DNA from: an uncultured Chloroflexia bacterium
Lineage (GTDB): Bacteria; Chloroflexota; Limnocylindria; Limnocylindrales; CSP1-4
NCBI GenBank assembly: GCA_963819655.1
Contig: CAWFXA010000002.1
Location: 1,568,001 to 1,632,000 of the forward strand
Reading direction: 5' to 3'
DNA length: 64,000 nt
The notes beneath the pieces are model-generated. The model was not told where the DNA came from. It saw only the letters and a list, made by a program, of their open reading frames with translations, and made no database searches. Below, piece after piece: positions 9,792 to 18,930 of the stretch. Positions within the stretch are counted from its first letter, which is position 1. Each line of letters opens with the position of its first letter. The position numbers were made by a program, and so were the translations under genes.

Positions 9792-11399
9792 CTAGGTCGT
9801 CGGGACCGGCTCGAACGACGGAGACTCTGACGGAGACTCCGACGGCTCCGGGGAGGGCGAACCCGGCGCGCTCGGCGCGCTCGATGAGCTATCGGGCGTC
9901 GCGTCCGGCGGCACCGCGCTGGGCGCGTCCGATTCCGCGGGTGGTGGTTCGCCGGGTGCGAAGGACTCGACGCTGGTGTCCATGTTGGGCGGTAGCCCGG
10001 CCGCTGCCTGCGGGGAGCCGAACGCGCCCGCGGACACGACCAGCGCCAGCACCGCGAGGAGCGCCGCCGACCCGGTCGCGGTGACGAGGCGATTGTCGGC
10101 CCAGGTCCGGGCGAGCCACGCGGCCGGGTGGGTCAGGTCGATTCCCGAGATGACCGGGCGCCAGGGCACGCGCGGTGTGCTGCCCGGCCGTTCGATCCCG
10201 AAGTAGAACAGCCGTCCGTAATAGATGAGCGGGCTGAGCGTTCCCAGGAGGACGACAGTGGCGATCGGTCCGTCGAGCACCAGCGCGACCAGGGCGGCGC
10301 GCGCCTCCGCGGCCGCCAGACCCGGCAGTCCGATGCTCGCAAGGACGACCAGCCCGAGCACGACCGCGAGGATCGGGGCTCGCACGGCCCACCCGCGCAG
10401 GTCGGCGAGACGGCCGGTCCCGAAGGTCGCCCGCGTCGCGGCCGCCCAGGCGGCGAACGCACTGCGTGCGACGATGAACGCCAAGATCCACGTCCGCGCC
10501 GGCGCCCAGGCCGCAGGATCGAGCGCCGCGATCGCCAGGATGATGACGCCGGCATCGCTGACGATCGCATAGCCGACGACGTGCTCGATGTCCTCCTGGA
10601 TCCAGGCCGCGATCGACCCAAGCACGATCGACGCGATGGCCACCGCGAGGACGATGATGCGCACCGAGCCCAGGTCGAGCGCCAGCGGCGCGACCGAGGC
10701 ATCGGCCCATGCCAGCGCCACGATCGCGAGCGCGGCCGGAGCGATGGCGGTCACGAGCGGCAGCGTCGTCTCGGGCACGGCGTCGGTCAGCCGTGCGGCC
10801 CAGGTGTGCACGGGGATGGCCCCGAACCGGATCGCGACGGCGAGTGCGAACGCGAGGTACGCCAGCCCGAAGACGATCGGCTGAGCAGCGAGCTCACTCA
10901 GGTCGCGACCGAACCAGGCCGTGGCCGCGATCGCCATCGTGCCGGCGACGGCCGTCGCCCGCAGGACCCGCGCCCCGACGGTCGCGGCGACGCGGCCGCC
11001 GACGGGTGTCAGCGCCACGAGCGCGCCAAACGCACCGCCCGCGGTCGCCGCGATGACCGCGACGCGCGGGTCGGGCAGGGATAACGCGAGGGCGGACGAC
11101 GCCAGGATCCCGAGCGCCACGGCCGGCGCATCACGCCGGCTGGTAGTGGCCTCGCCGACGATCGCCAGCAGCAGGGCCACGAGCGCACCGAGGACAAGGA
11201 AGAGGCGCAGATAGTCGGTCGTGGCGATGCCGCCACCGCCGAACTCGATGATCTGGCTCGGCCGGATGAGCAGACCGGTCACGACCGCGGCGAACAGGGC
11301 CGCGATGCCGACACGGGTCGCGAGTCGCTCGCGGTGGCGGAGCATGAGCGTCACGATCGCGCCGAGGCCGGTCACGACCAGGAACGGCAGCATGCTCAT
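9792..11399 (-). CDS. Proton-conducting membrane subunit, NuoN/MrpD/HyfF-like (degenerate), with Ser/Pro-rich C-terminal tail
   Basis: Many transmembrane segments; RFGAIPVHTW (cf. K-G-x-x-PFHxW), QEDIEHVVGY (cf. Q-x-DIKRLLAY) and SIGLPG. Confidence 0.75.
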   Translation of the reverse strand: MSMLPFLVVTGLGAIVTLMLRHRERLATRVGIAALFAAVVTGLLIRPSQIIEFGGGGIATTDYLRLFLVLGALVALLLAIVGEATTSRRDAPAVALGILASSALALSLPDPRVAVIAATAGGAFGALVALTPVGGRVAATVGARVLRATAVAGTMAIAATAWFGRDLSELAAQPIVFGLAYLAFALAVAIRFGAIPVHTWAARLTDAVPETTLPLVTAIAPAALAIVALAWADASVAPLALDLGSVRIIVLAVAIASIVLGSIAAWIQEDIEHVVGYAIVSDAGVIILAIAALDPAAWAPARTWILAFIVARSAFAAWAAATRATFGTGRLADLRGWAVRAPILAVVLGLVVLASIGLPGLAAAEARAALVALVLDGPIATVVLLGTLSPLIYYGRLFYFGIERPGSTPRVPWRPVISGIDLTHPAAWLARTWADNRLVTATGSAALLAVLALVVSAGAFGSPQAAAGLPPNMDTSVESFAPGEPPPAESDAPSAVPPDATPDSSSSAPSAPGSPSPEPSESPSESPSFEPVPTT

Positions 11400-11412
11400 C
11401 GACGGGTCCCGC

Positions 11413-12081
11413 TCAGACGGCGTCGAGCGGATGCGCGTCGGGCTCGCGGCGACGCCGGGACCGCGCTTCGAGGCTGAACCCGAAACCGCCCGTGCCGTCG
11501 CCTCGTGCGCTGCCGGCCAGTGTCGCGAGCGTGCCGGCAAGGACGACGAGCGTGCCGCTGGTGACCAGCTGCTCGAGCTCGTCGGGAGTCCCCCCGAGGG
11601 CTGCGCGGACGAGCAAGGCGGCATCGACCAGGAGGATCGAGCCGAGGCCGACGCGGAAGACATCGCGCCCGGTCAGCGTGGCGGGCATGGCCAGGGCCGC
11701 GACAGCGAAGCCGGCAGCGCTCGCCAGCGCTGAGCCCATCGCCGGGGCGCCAAGACCGTGGGCGGCGAAGCCGACGACGAACGCCGCGCCCGCGACGAGC
11801 GTCTCGGCCGGCCAGCCGATGCGCGACCCGCCGGTCACCGCGCCCGGGACGCCGGCCCGTGGCCGGTCGCGCGCGACGACCCACAGCAGGTACGCAGCGA
11901 GGATCGCCCCGACGAAGCGCGTCGCCAGACCGAGCGGCGCCGGGATCGGGTCGGCCAGCACCGGCGAGCCGATGAGCACGACGGCGAGACCGAGGACGGT
12001 GGTGCGTGCGTCCCGGGAGGACACGGCGACGACGGTGCCGGCGACGACCGCGAGGGCGATCCCGGCCAGGATCGGGTTCAT
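11413..12081 (-). CDS. Hypothetical integral membrane protein (possibly NuoJ/HyfE-like)
   Basis: About 7 hydrophobic segments; lies in the same direction between lepB and the NuoN-like gene. Confidence 0.65.
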   Translation of the reverse strand: MNPILAGIALAVVAGTVVAVSSRDARTTVLGLAVVLIGSPVLADPIPAPLGLATRFVGAILAAYLLWVVARDRPRAGVPGAVTGGSRIGWPAETLVAGAAFVVGFAAHGLGAPAMGSALASAAGFAVAALAMPATLTGRDVFRVGLGSILLVDAALLVRAALGGTPDELEQLVTSGTLVVLAGTLATLAGSARGDGTGGFGFSLEARSRRRREPDAHPLDAV

Positions 12082-12100
12082 CGCCGGGTCCCCGACCGCG

Positions 12101-12700
12101 TCATGGGGTCGCGGGTGCCAGGCTCGGGTAGGTCGGCGTCTGGAGGATGCCGATGGTGTCGAACGGCCAGTAGCGCAGCCAGGCGCGGCCGACCACCCGA
12201 TCCAACGGCACGGAGCCGAAGGTCCGCGAGTCGGCCGAATTCGCTCGGTGGTCGCCCATCAGGAACAGCTCGCCTGCCGGCACGGTCCATGTCGACTGCT
12301 CGAGCGATGGTGTCGTGGGTTGTGGCGGTCCGCCGACCTCATCGGCGTACAGGTACGTCTCGTCGAGCGCGACCCCGTTGATATACACCAACCCGTCTTC
12401 GCGGATCTCGACCACCTCGCCGGGCTCGCCGATGACCCGCTTGATGAACGGCGTGTTCGCGTTGCCCCACTCCGCGGGTGGCTGGAAGACGACGATGTCA
12501 CCCCGGTTGTACGCGTCGAACCGCGGCGTCAGCTTGTCGACGAGGACGTACTCGCCCTCCTCCAGCGTCCGCTGCATCGACTTCTGCTCGACCTTGTAGG
12601 GCTGCGCGACGAAGTTCTGGATGACAAAGAAGATCAGGAGCGTCAGGACGAGCGTCTCGACGAGCTCGAAGAGGCACCCGAGCGCCGGTCGTTGACTCAC
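12101..12700 (-). CDS. lepB: Signal peptidase I
   Basis: Catalytic SM (QKSMQRTL), RGDIVVF, FIKRVIG and MGDHRANSADSR. Confidence 0.95.
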   Translation of the reverse strand: MSQRPALGCLFELVETLVLTLLIFFVIQNFVAQPYKVEQKSMQRTLEEGEYVLVDKLTPRFDAYNRGDIVVFQPPAEWGNANTPFIKRVIGEPGEVVEIREDGLVYINGVALDETYLYADEVGGPPQPTTPSLEQSTWTVPAGELFLMGDHRANSADSRTFGSVPLDRVVGRAWLRYWPFDTIGILQTPTYPSLAPATP

Positions 12701-12800
12701 AAGTCCGGCAGTATAGGGGCGCGCGTCGCGCGTCGGGATGGCGGCCGATGGCCTGTGACGCGGTGCGTCAGGGGTGCATAACAAGCCCTGTCGGCCGAGT

Positions 12801-12830
12801 TTGACCCGCTCAAGAGCGCCTTGTTACACT
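12801..12830 (+). promoter_or_regulatory. Putative sigma70-type promoter of hppA
   Basis: TTGACC-N18-TACACT with an extended -10 TG. Confidence 0.55.
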
Positions 12831-12974
12831 CGCCGCCGGCCTGCAAGGTCCCACCCATCGGTGCATGCCGACGGGACCCGGCGGCATCTCCCCGGACCCC
12901 GCGACGACGGCGCATCCTGACGCGCCCGGACCCGGTGCCGGTCAGCCTTCCCCACTGGAGGACCCCACGACCTG

Positions 12975-15209
12975 ATGGATGCCAGTGCGCTCCAGTTGAT
13001 CATCCTGCCGGCCGGGATCATCGCCGTGCTGTTCGCCCTCTACCTGGCCCGGGACGTCCTGGCCCGCGACACGGGCACCGCTGAGATGCAGGCCGTCGCC
13101 GGCACGATCTTCGAAGGCGCCGTCGCCTTCATCCGTCGCCAGTACACGACGATCTTCCTGCTGGCGGTGGTCGGCGCCTTCGTCATCGGCGCGGTCATCA
13201 CGCTGGTCGAGACGCCCGAGGTCGCCGACGTGCCGAAGCTGGCCGGTCTGCCGATCGGGATCATGACCGCGGTCGCCTTCTTCGTCGGGGCGCTGTGCTC
13301 GATGGCCTCGGGGATCATCGGCATGTACATCAGCGTCAAGGCGAACGTGCGCACGGCATCGGCGGCACGGCGCAGCCTCGTCGAGGCCGTCCAGGTCGCG
13401 ATGCGCGGCGGCGCCGTCTCCGGGTTCCTCGTCGTCGCCCTGTCGCTCCTTGGCGTGTGGGGCATCTTCACCGCCTACAGCACGCTGGTCGCCGACGTCA
13501 CCGTGGCCGACGCTCCGTTCCTCATCGTGGGGTTCGGCTTCGGAGCGTCGTTCGTCGCGCTCTTCGCCCAGCTCGGCGGCGGCATCTACACGAAGGCGGC
13601 CGACGTGGGCTCCGACCTCGTCGGAAAGGTCGAGAAGGGCATCCCCGAGGACGATCCGCGCAACGCGGGCGTCGTCGCCGATCTCGTCGGCGACAACGTT
13701 GGCGACTGCGCCGGCCGTGGCGCCGACCTGTTCGAGTCGACCGCCGCCGAGAACATCGGCGCGATGATCCTCGGCGTCGCGGTGTTCAGCATCGCGTCCG
13801 CGGCAGGGTGGCCCAACCCCGAAGCCTGGATCTTCTTCCCGCTGGTCGTCCGCGCCTTCGGCCTCCTCGCGACGATCGTGGCGATCTTCTTCGTCCGCGG
13901 CAAGGAGACCGAGGACCCGATGAACATACTCAACCGCGGCTACTGGGTCACGACCCTGCTGTCCGTGGTCGGGCTGGCCATCACGACCGCCGTGATGATG
14001 AACACGAATGGCAGCGTCGGCGACGCCTTCGGGCTCCCGACCTGGGTGTACTTCTTCTTCGCCGGCGTCGTCGGCCTCGTGACAAGCGTCGCGTTCGTCT
14101 ACATCACCCAGTTCTATACGGCGGGCTCGTACCGCCCGGTCCGCGAGATCGCCGAGGCGTCCAAGACCGGGCCTGCGACCAACATCATCAGCGGCACCGC
14201 CGTCGGCTTCGAGACCACCCTCGTCACCGCCATCACCATCAGCATCGCCCTCTTCGCCAGCTTCTGGCTTGGCAACGAGGCCGGTCTTGTTGGCGAAGGT
14301 GGTCGCAACGTCGGTGGCATCTTCGGGACAGCGGTCGCGACGATGGGCATGCTCATGACCACCGCCTACATCCTGGCGATGGACACGTTCGGTCCGATCA
14401 CCGATAACGCCGGCGGCATCGCCGAGTTCAGCCGCGCAGAAAAGGGCGCACGTGAGATCACCGACCGCCTCGACGCGGTCGGGAACACCACGAAGGCGCT
14501 GACCAAGGGATATGCCATCGCGTCGGCCTCCCTCGCGGCGTTCCTGTTGTTCTCCGCCTACATCGACAAGGTCAACGTGATCCAGGCCCGTCGGATCGAA
14601 GCCGGTGTGCCTGGCGCGCAGCTCCTCGAGTCGGTCAACCTCGCCAACGTCAACGTGTTCATCGCGGCGCTGATCGCCGCGATGCTCGTGTACTTCTTCT
14701 CGAGCCTGGCGATCCGCGCGGTCGGGAAGACGGCACAGACGATCATCGTCGAGGTTCGCCGCCAGTTCCGCGAGATGCCCGGGATCATGGACTACAGCCA
14801 GCGCCCGGACTACGCGCGTGTCGTCGACATCACGACCAAGGCGGCACTTCGCGAGATGGTCGCCCCAGGGCTCGTCGCGGTCGCCACGCCGATCATCGTC
14901 GGTGTGCTGCTCGGCTACGAGGCGGTCGCCGGGATGCTGATGGTCGGCACGATCGCCGGCGTTCTCCTCGCCACCGTCCTCAACAACGGCGGCGGGGCGT
15001 GGGACAACGCCAAGAAGTACATCGAATCGGGCCAGCTCAAGGACGACGAGGGCAATGTCCTCGGCAAGGGCTCGGCAGCCCACGCCGCTGCCGTCGTCGG
15101 CGACACCGTCGGCGACCCGTTCAAGGACACCGCCGGCCCGTCGCTGCACGTCCTGGTGAAACTGCTGGCCACGATCACCCTGGTCCTGGCGCCCCTCTTC
15201 ATCCGGTAG
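12975..15209 (+). CDS. hppA: Membrane-bound cation-translocating pyrophosphatase, K+-independent type
   Basis: GGGIYTKAADVGSDLVGKVE, EDDPRN, DNVGD, GNTTKA (Lys marks the K+-independent type) and GDPFKDTAGP. Confidence 0.95.
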   Translation: MDASALQLIILPAGIIAVLFALYLARDVLARDTGTAEMQAVAGTIFEGAVAFIRRQYTTIFLLAVVGAFVIGAVITLVETPEVADVPKLAGLPIGIMTAVAFFVGALCSMASGIIGMYISVKANVRTASAARRSLVEAVQVAMRGGAVSGFLVVALSLLGVWGIFTAYSTLVADVTVADAPFLIVGFGFGASFVALFAQLGGGIYTKAADVGSDLVGKVEKGIPEDDPRNAGVVADLVGDNVGDCAGRGADLFESTAAENIGAMILGVAVFSIASAAGWPNPEAWIFFPLVVRAFGLLATIVAIFFVRGKETEDPMNILNRGYWVTTLLSVVGLAITTAVMMNTNGSVGDAFGLPTWVYFFFAGVVGLVTSVAFVYITQFYTAGSYRPVREIAEASKTGPATNIISGTAVGFETTLVTAITISIALFASFWLGNEAGLVGEGGRNVGGIFGTAVATMGMLMTTAYILAMDTFGPITDNAGGIAEFSRAEKGAREITDRLDAVGNTTKALTKGYAIASASLAAFLLFSAYIDKVNVIQARRIEAGVPGAQLLESVNLANVNVFIAALIAAMLVYFFSSLAIRAVGKTAQTIIVEVRRQFREMPGIMDYSQRPDYARVVDITTKAALREMVAPGLVAVATPIIVGVLLGYEAVAGMLMVGTIAGVLLATVLNNGGGAWDNAKKYIESGQLKDDEGNVLGKGSAAHAAAVVGDTVGDPFKDTAGPSLHVLVKLLATITLVLAPLFIR

Positions 15210-15251
15210 TCGGCGCCAGAACCACCTCGATCAAGAACCGAGAATCGCCGA

Positions 15252-15358
15252 GCCATGATGCGTACAGGCCAAGGCGTCGCCGAGCACCCGAGCGCGCGCA
15301 CCCCAAGGTGCGTAAGCGAGCGCGCACAGGCGGCAACGCCGGCCTGGACCATCAGGGC
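15252..15358. other. Long imperfect palindromic intergenic element (REP-like or structured RNA)
   Basis: Nested pairings: GCC-A-TGATG/CATCA-G-GGC, CAGGCC/GGCCTG, GGCGT/ACGCC, GCGCGC/GCGCGC and apical GCACC-CCAA-GGTGC. Confidence 0.5.
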
Positions 15359-15371
15359 CGGCGCCTGATAG

Positions 15372-16199
15372 ATGGACACTGTCGTCCAGGCCCTCGTGAT
15401 GGGGATCGTGCAGGGACTCACCGAGTTCCTGCCGGTCTCCTCGTCCGCCCACCTGATCATCGTGCCGTTCCTGTTCGGCTGGGACGACGCGTTCATCACG
15501 TCGCTGGCATTCAGCGTGATGCTCCATCTGGGCACCCTCGTCGCGTTGCTCGTCTACTTCCGGGCGGATTGGGTGCGGCTGGTCCCGGCCGGACTGGCGG
15601 CGGCGCGCGATCGCTCGTTCCGTGGCGATGACGACCGGAAGCTGGCGTGGCTCCTCGTCGCCTCGACCATCCCGGCAGCCCTTGTCGGATTGGTGTTCAA
15701 CGACGTCATCGAGGACTCGTTCCGGCAGATCGGGCTCGTCGCCGTCGCCCTCGTCGTCGGTGGCGTGATCCTGCTCGTGGCCGACCGGGTCGGCGCCACG
15801 TCACGGCGCATCGAGGACGTCACGTTCCCGATCGCGATCGGCATCGGTGTCGCCCAGGCGTTCGCGCTCGTGCCCGGGATCAGTCGATCGGGGATCTCGA
15901 TCGCCGCGGGCCGACTGGTCGGGATGGACCGCGAATCCGCGGCCCGGTTCGCGTTCCTGATGGCCACCCCGATCACCGCCGGGGCCGGGTTGTTCGAGGC
16001 ACGCAAGCTGCTGGCCGGAGAAAGCGGCGTCGACGTGGCGATCGCGCCACTCGTGGTCGGCATGGTGGCCGCGCTCGTGTCGGGGCTCGTCGCCATCCAC
16101 TTCACGCTCAGCTACCTTCGACGGCAGTCGCTCGACATCTTCGTCTGGTACCGCTTCGCGCTCGCCGCAGTCGTGCTCATCGCCTGGCTGGCACGCTGA
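15372..16199 (+). CDS. uppP: Undecaprenyl-diphosphate phosphatase
   Basis: GIVQGLTEFLPVSSSAH and QAFALVPGISRSG. Confidence 0.96.
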   Translation: MDTVVQALVMGIVQGLTEFLPVSSSAHLIIVPFLFGWDDAFITSLAFSVMLHLGTLVALLVYFRADWVRLVPAGLAAARDRSFRGDDDRKLAWLLVASTIPAALVGLVFNDVIEDSFRQIGLVAVALVVGGVILLVADRVGATSRRIEDVTFPIAIGIGVAQAFALVPGISRSGISIAAGRLVGMDRESAARFAFLMATPITAGAGLFEARKLLAGESGVDVAIAPLVVGMVAALVSGLVAIHFTLSYLRRQSLDIFVWYRFALAAVVLIAWLAR

Positions 16200-16208
16200 G
16201 TCCACGCC

Positions 16209-16679
16209 ATGGAGGTCATGAAACAGCTCCGGCAGCGGGCGATCCGCGACATCGTCGGTCAGCGGCCGATCCGCACACAGCAGGAGCTCGCAGCCGCCCT
16301 CCGCGAGCGTGGCTTTCGCACGACCCAGGCGACGATCAGCCGCGACGTCGCGGAGCTTGGGTTGATCAAGGTCTCGCGCGAGGGCACGGCAGTCTATGCG
16401 CTGCCACCGCGGCTCATCGAGGCGGAGACCTCCGGCGAGGACCGACTCCGCAAGCTGCTGTCCGACCTCCCGCTCGAGATCCACGAGGCGGGGTTGCTCC
16501 TCGTCCTGCGGACGCTGCCGGGCTCGGCGCATGCGATCGCGGCGGCGCTCGACCGCGCGCGCTGGCCCGAGGTCGCGGGCTCGATCGCAGGGGACGACAC
16601 GCTGTTCGTGGCGCTGCCCGACCGGGGCTCGCTGCAGCGCGTGAAGAGGCGCCTGTATCGCCTTGCCGAGGGGCCTTGA
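16209..16679 (+). CDS. argR: Arginine repressor
   Basis: TQQEL, TQATISRD and GSIAGDDT. Confidence 0.93.
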   Translation: MEVMKQLRQRAIRDIVGQRPIRTQQELAAALRERGFRTTQATISRDVAELGLIKVSREGTAVYALPPRLIEAETSGEDRLRKLLSDLPLEIHEAGLLLVLRTLPGSAHAIAAALDRARWPEVAGSIAGDDTLFVALPDRGSLQRVKRRLYRLAEGP

Positions 16680-16685
16680 GACCTT

Positions 16686-16714
16686 TTGACACTCATGCGG
16701 GACGCGGCTACCAT
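16686..16714 (+). promoter_or_regulatory. Sigma70 promoter of greA
   Basis: TTGACA-N17-TACCAT. Confidence 0.8.
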
Positions 16715-16730
16715 TCGCCTCCGGCTGGGA

Positions 16731-16774
16731 ACTTCAGGCGCGCGGGGACACCGCAGCGGCCTGAAGTCCTTTTT
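16731..16774 (+). terminator. Intrinsic terminator within the greA 5' leader (attenuator-like)
   Basis: ACTTCAGGC/GCCTGAAGT stem followed by CC-TTTTT, about 15 nt downstream of the -10 element. Confidence 0.7.
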
Positions 16775-16837
16775 GTTATCAGCTGACCGACCACCGGTCG
16801 TGCACATCAGCGCGACCTCGCCATGCGGGGACGGATC

Positions 16838-17305
16838 GTGAACAACAACAAGCCCACCTATCTGTCCAAGGACGGCCTCGAGAAGCTTCGTGCCGAGCTC
16901 GAGGAGATGACCACCGTCAAGCGACCCGAGATCGCGAATCGGATCCACGACGCCAAGGAACACGGCGACCTGTCCGAGAACGCGGAGTACGAGGACGCCA
17001 AGAACGAGCAGGCGTTCGTCGAGGGGCGCATCCAGACGCTCGAGGCGCTGATCAAGAACGCCACCCTCATCGACGAGAACCACTCGACCGACCACGTTCA
17101 GATCGGATCGACGGTCGGCGTCGAGAGCGACGACGGCAAGGAGACCTTCACGATCGTCGGCTCGGCCGAGGCCAAGCCCGGCGAGGGCCGGATCTCCAAC
17201 GAAAGCCCGGTCGGTCGATCGCTGCTCGGTCGGAAGAAGGGCGAGAAGATCGTCGTGAAGGTGCCCGCCGGCGACTTCACGTACAAGATCACCAGCATCA
17301 CCTGA
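16838..17305 (+). CDS. greA: Transcription elongation factor GreA
   Basis: HGDLSENAEYEDAK and ISNESPVGRSLLG. Confidence 0.97.
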   Translation: MNNNKPTYLSKDGLEKLRAELEEMTTVKRPEIANRIHDAKEHGDLSENAEYEDAKNEQAFVEGRIQTLEALIKNATLIDENHSTDHVQIGSTVGVESDDGKETFTIVGSAEAKPGEGRISNESPVGRSLLGRKKGEKIVVKVPAGDFTYKITSIT

Positions 17306-17322
17306 GGGAGACGGCCAGCGCC

Positions 17323-18930
17323 GTGGATTGGGCCGACGAACTCGCACTGCGGGTCCGTGATGCGGGCCCGCAGGTCGTCAACGATTCCAAGACCCCGTCC
17401 GGGACCGTGCACGTCGGGAGCCTCCGTGGTCCCGTCATCCTCGACACGATCACGCGCGCGCTTCGAGCGAACGGCGTCGAGACGACGCTCCTCTACGGGG
17501 TCGATGATCTCGACCCGATGGACGCGCAGGCCCTGCTGACACCCGACGCGGTCGACCACGAGATGGGCCGGCCGCTCGCGCACGTGCCGGACCAGGCCGG
17601 CGACGGCCACGCGTCGTACGCCCGGCACCACGCGCAGACGTTCATCGACACGTTCGCCGGTCTGGGCATCAACCCGGATCGCTATTACTGGATGAGCGAC
17701 ATCTACCCGACGGGCGAGCTGGATCCGTTCATCCGGACGGCTCTGGATCGGGCGGCGCTCGTCCGTGACATCTATCGACGGGTCGCCAACGTCCAGCATC
17801 CCGACACGTGGCACCCGATCAGCGTCATCTGCCCGAACTGCGGCAAGGTCGGGACCACGATCGTGACCGAGTGGGACGGCGAGCGGGTCTTCTACGAATG
17901 CCGCCCTTCGCTGGTGGACTGGGCGCGCGGCTGCGGTCAGAGCGGTTGGATCTCGCCGTTCGGCGGTAACGCCAAGCTGCCATGGAACCTCGAGTGGGCG
18001 GCCCAGTGGTCATTGTTCGGCGTCACGATCGAGCCGTGCGGAAAGGACCTCGCCACGGCCGGTGGCTCGCGCGACCGCTCCGATGCGATCGCCCGTGAGG
18101 TCTTCGAGCGCGAGCCGCCGCTCAACGTCCCGTACGAGTTTCTGAACATCGGCGGCAAGAAGATGTCGACCTCCAAGGGCCGCGGCGCCGCCGCGCACAC
18201 GATCGCCGAGGTCGTGCCGCCCGAGCAGCTCCGCTTCCTGTTCCTGCGGCACCGGCCGAATCACGCCATCGACTTCGACCCGGACGGCACCGACCAGATC
18301 CCGCGGCTGTTCGACGAGTTCGACAAGTTCGCGGAGGCGACCGCCGGTCGCGACGTCCGCGGCGACCTGCCGCCCGGCCACGAGGCGACCTTCCGCTACT
18401 CCCTGCTCGATCCGGATGCGGATGTCGCGGAGGAGGCGGCGCTTTTCCGGCCGGCATTCGGGCACCTCGCGCTGCTCATCCAGGTGCCTGGCGTCGACGT
18501 CATCGAGCGGGTCGAGGCGGAGAAGGGCAGTGCCCTCACCGATCGTGAGCGGGCGCTGCTCGATCAGCGGGCCGGGGCGGCGCGCGCCTGGCTCGACACG
18601 TTCGCGCCGGAGGGCGCGCGACTGACCATCCATCGCGACGCGCTGCCACCTGCGGCCGCGGAGCTCGACCCGACGCAGCGTCGCTTCCTGGCGAGCCTGG
18701 CCGATCGCGCCTCACGGGAGGAGCCCGAGAGCGGCGACGCGTGGCAGACGCTGATCTTCTCGGTGGCGACCGATGAAGGCGTCCCTGGTCGTCGCGCGTT
18801 CGAAGCGATCTACCGCGTATTCCTCGATCGACCCAACGGGCCGCGCGCCGGCTGGCTCCTGGCCAGCCTCGATCGGGCGTTCGTGATCGAGCGGGCCCTG
18901 GAAGCGTCGGGCACGGGGGCCGTCGGATGA
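17323..18930 (+). CDS. lysS: Lysine--tRNA ligase, class I
   Basis: TPSGTVHVGS (HIGH-like), CPNCG Zn ribbon, GNAKLPW, EPCGKDL and KMSTSKG. Confidence 0.92.
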   Translation: MDWADELALRVRDAGPQVVNDSKTPSGTVHVGSLRGPVILDTITRALRANGVETTLLYGVDDLDPMDAQALLTPDAVDHEMGRPLAHVPDQAGDGHASYARHHAQTFIDTFAGLGINPDRYYWMSDIYPTGELDPFIRTALDRAALVRDIYRRVANVQHPDTWHPISVICPNCGKVGTTIVTEWDGERVFYECRPSLVDWARGCGQSGWISPFGGNAKLPWNLEWAAQWSLFGVTIEPCGKDLATAGGSRDRSDAIAREVFEREPPLNVPYEFLNIGGKKMSTSKGRGAAAHTIAEVVPPEQLRFLFLRHRPNHAIDFDPDGTDQIPRLFDEFDKFAEATAGRDVRGDLPPGHEATFRYSLLDPDADVAEEAALFRPAFGHLALLIQVPGVDVIERVEAEKGSALTDRERALLDQRAGAARAWLDTFAPEGARLTIHRDALPPAAAELDPTQRRFLASLADRASREEPESGDAWQTLIFSVATDEGVPGRRAFEAIYRVFLDRPNGPRAGWLLASLDRAFVIERALEASGTGAVG

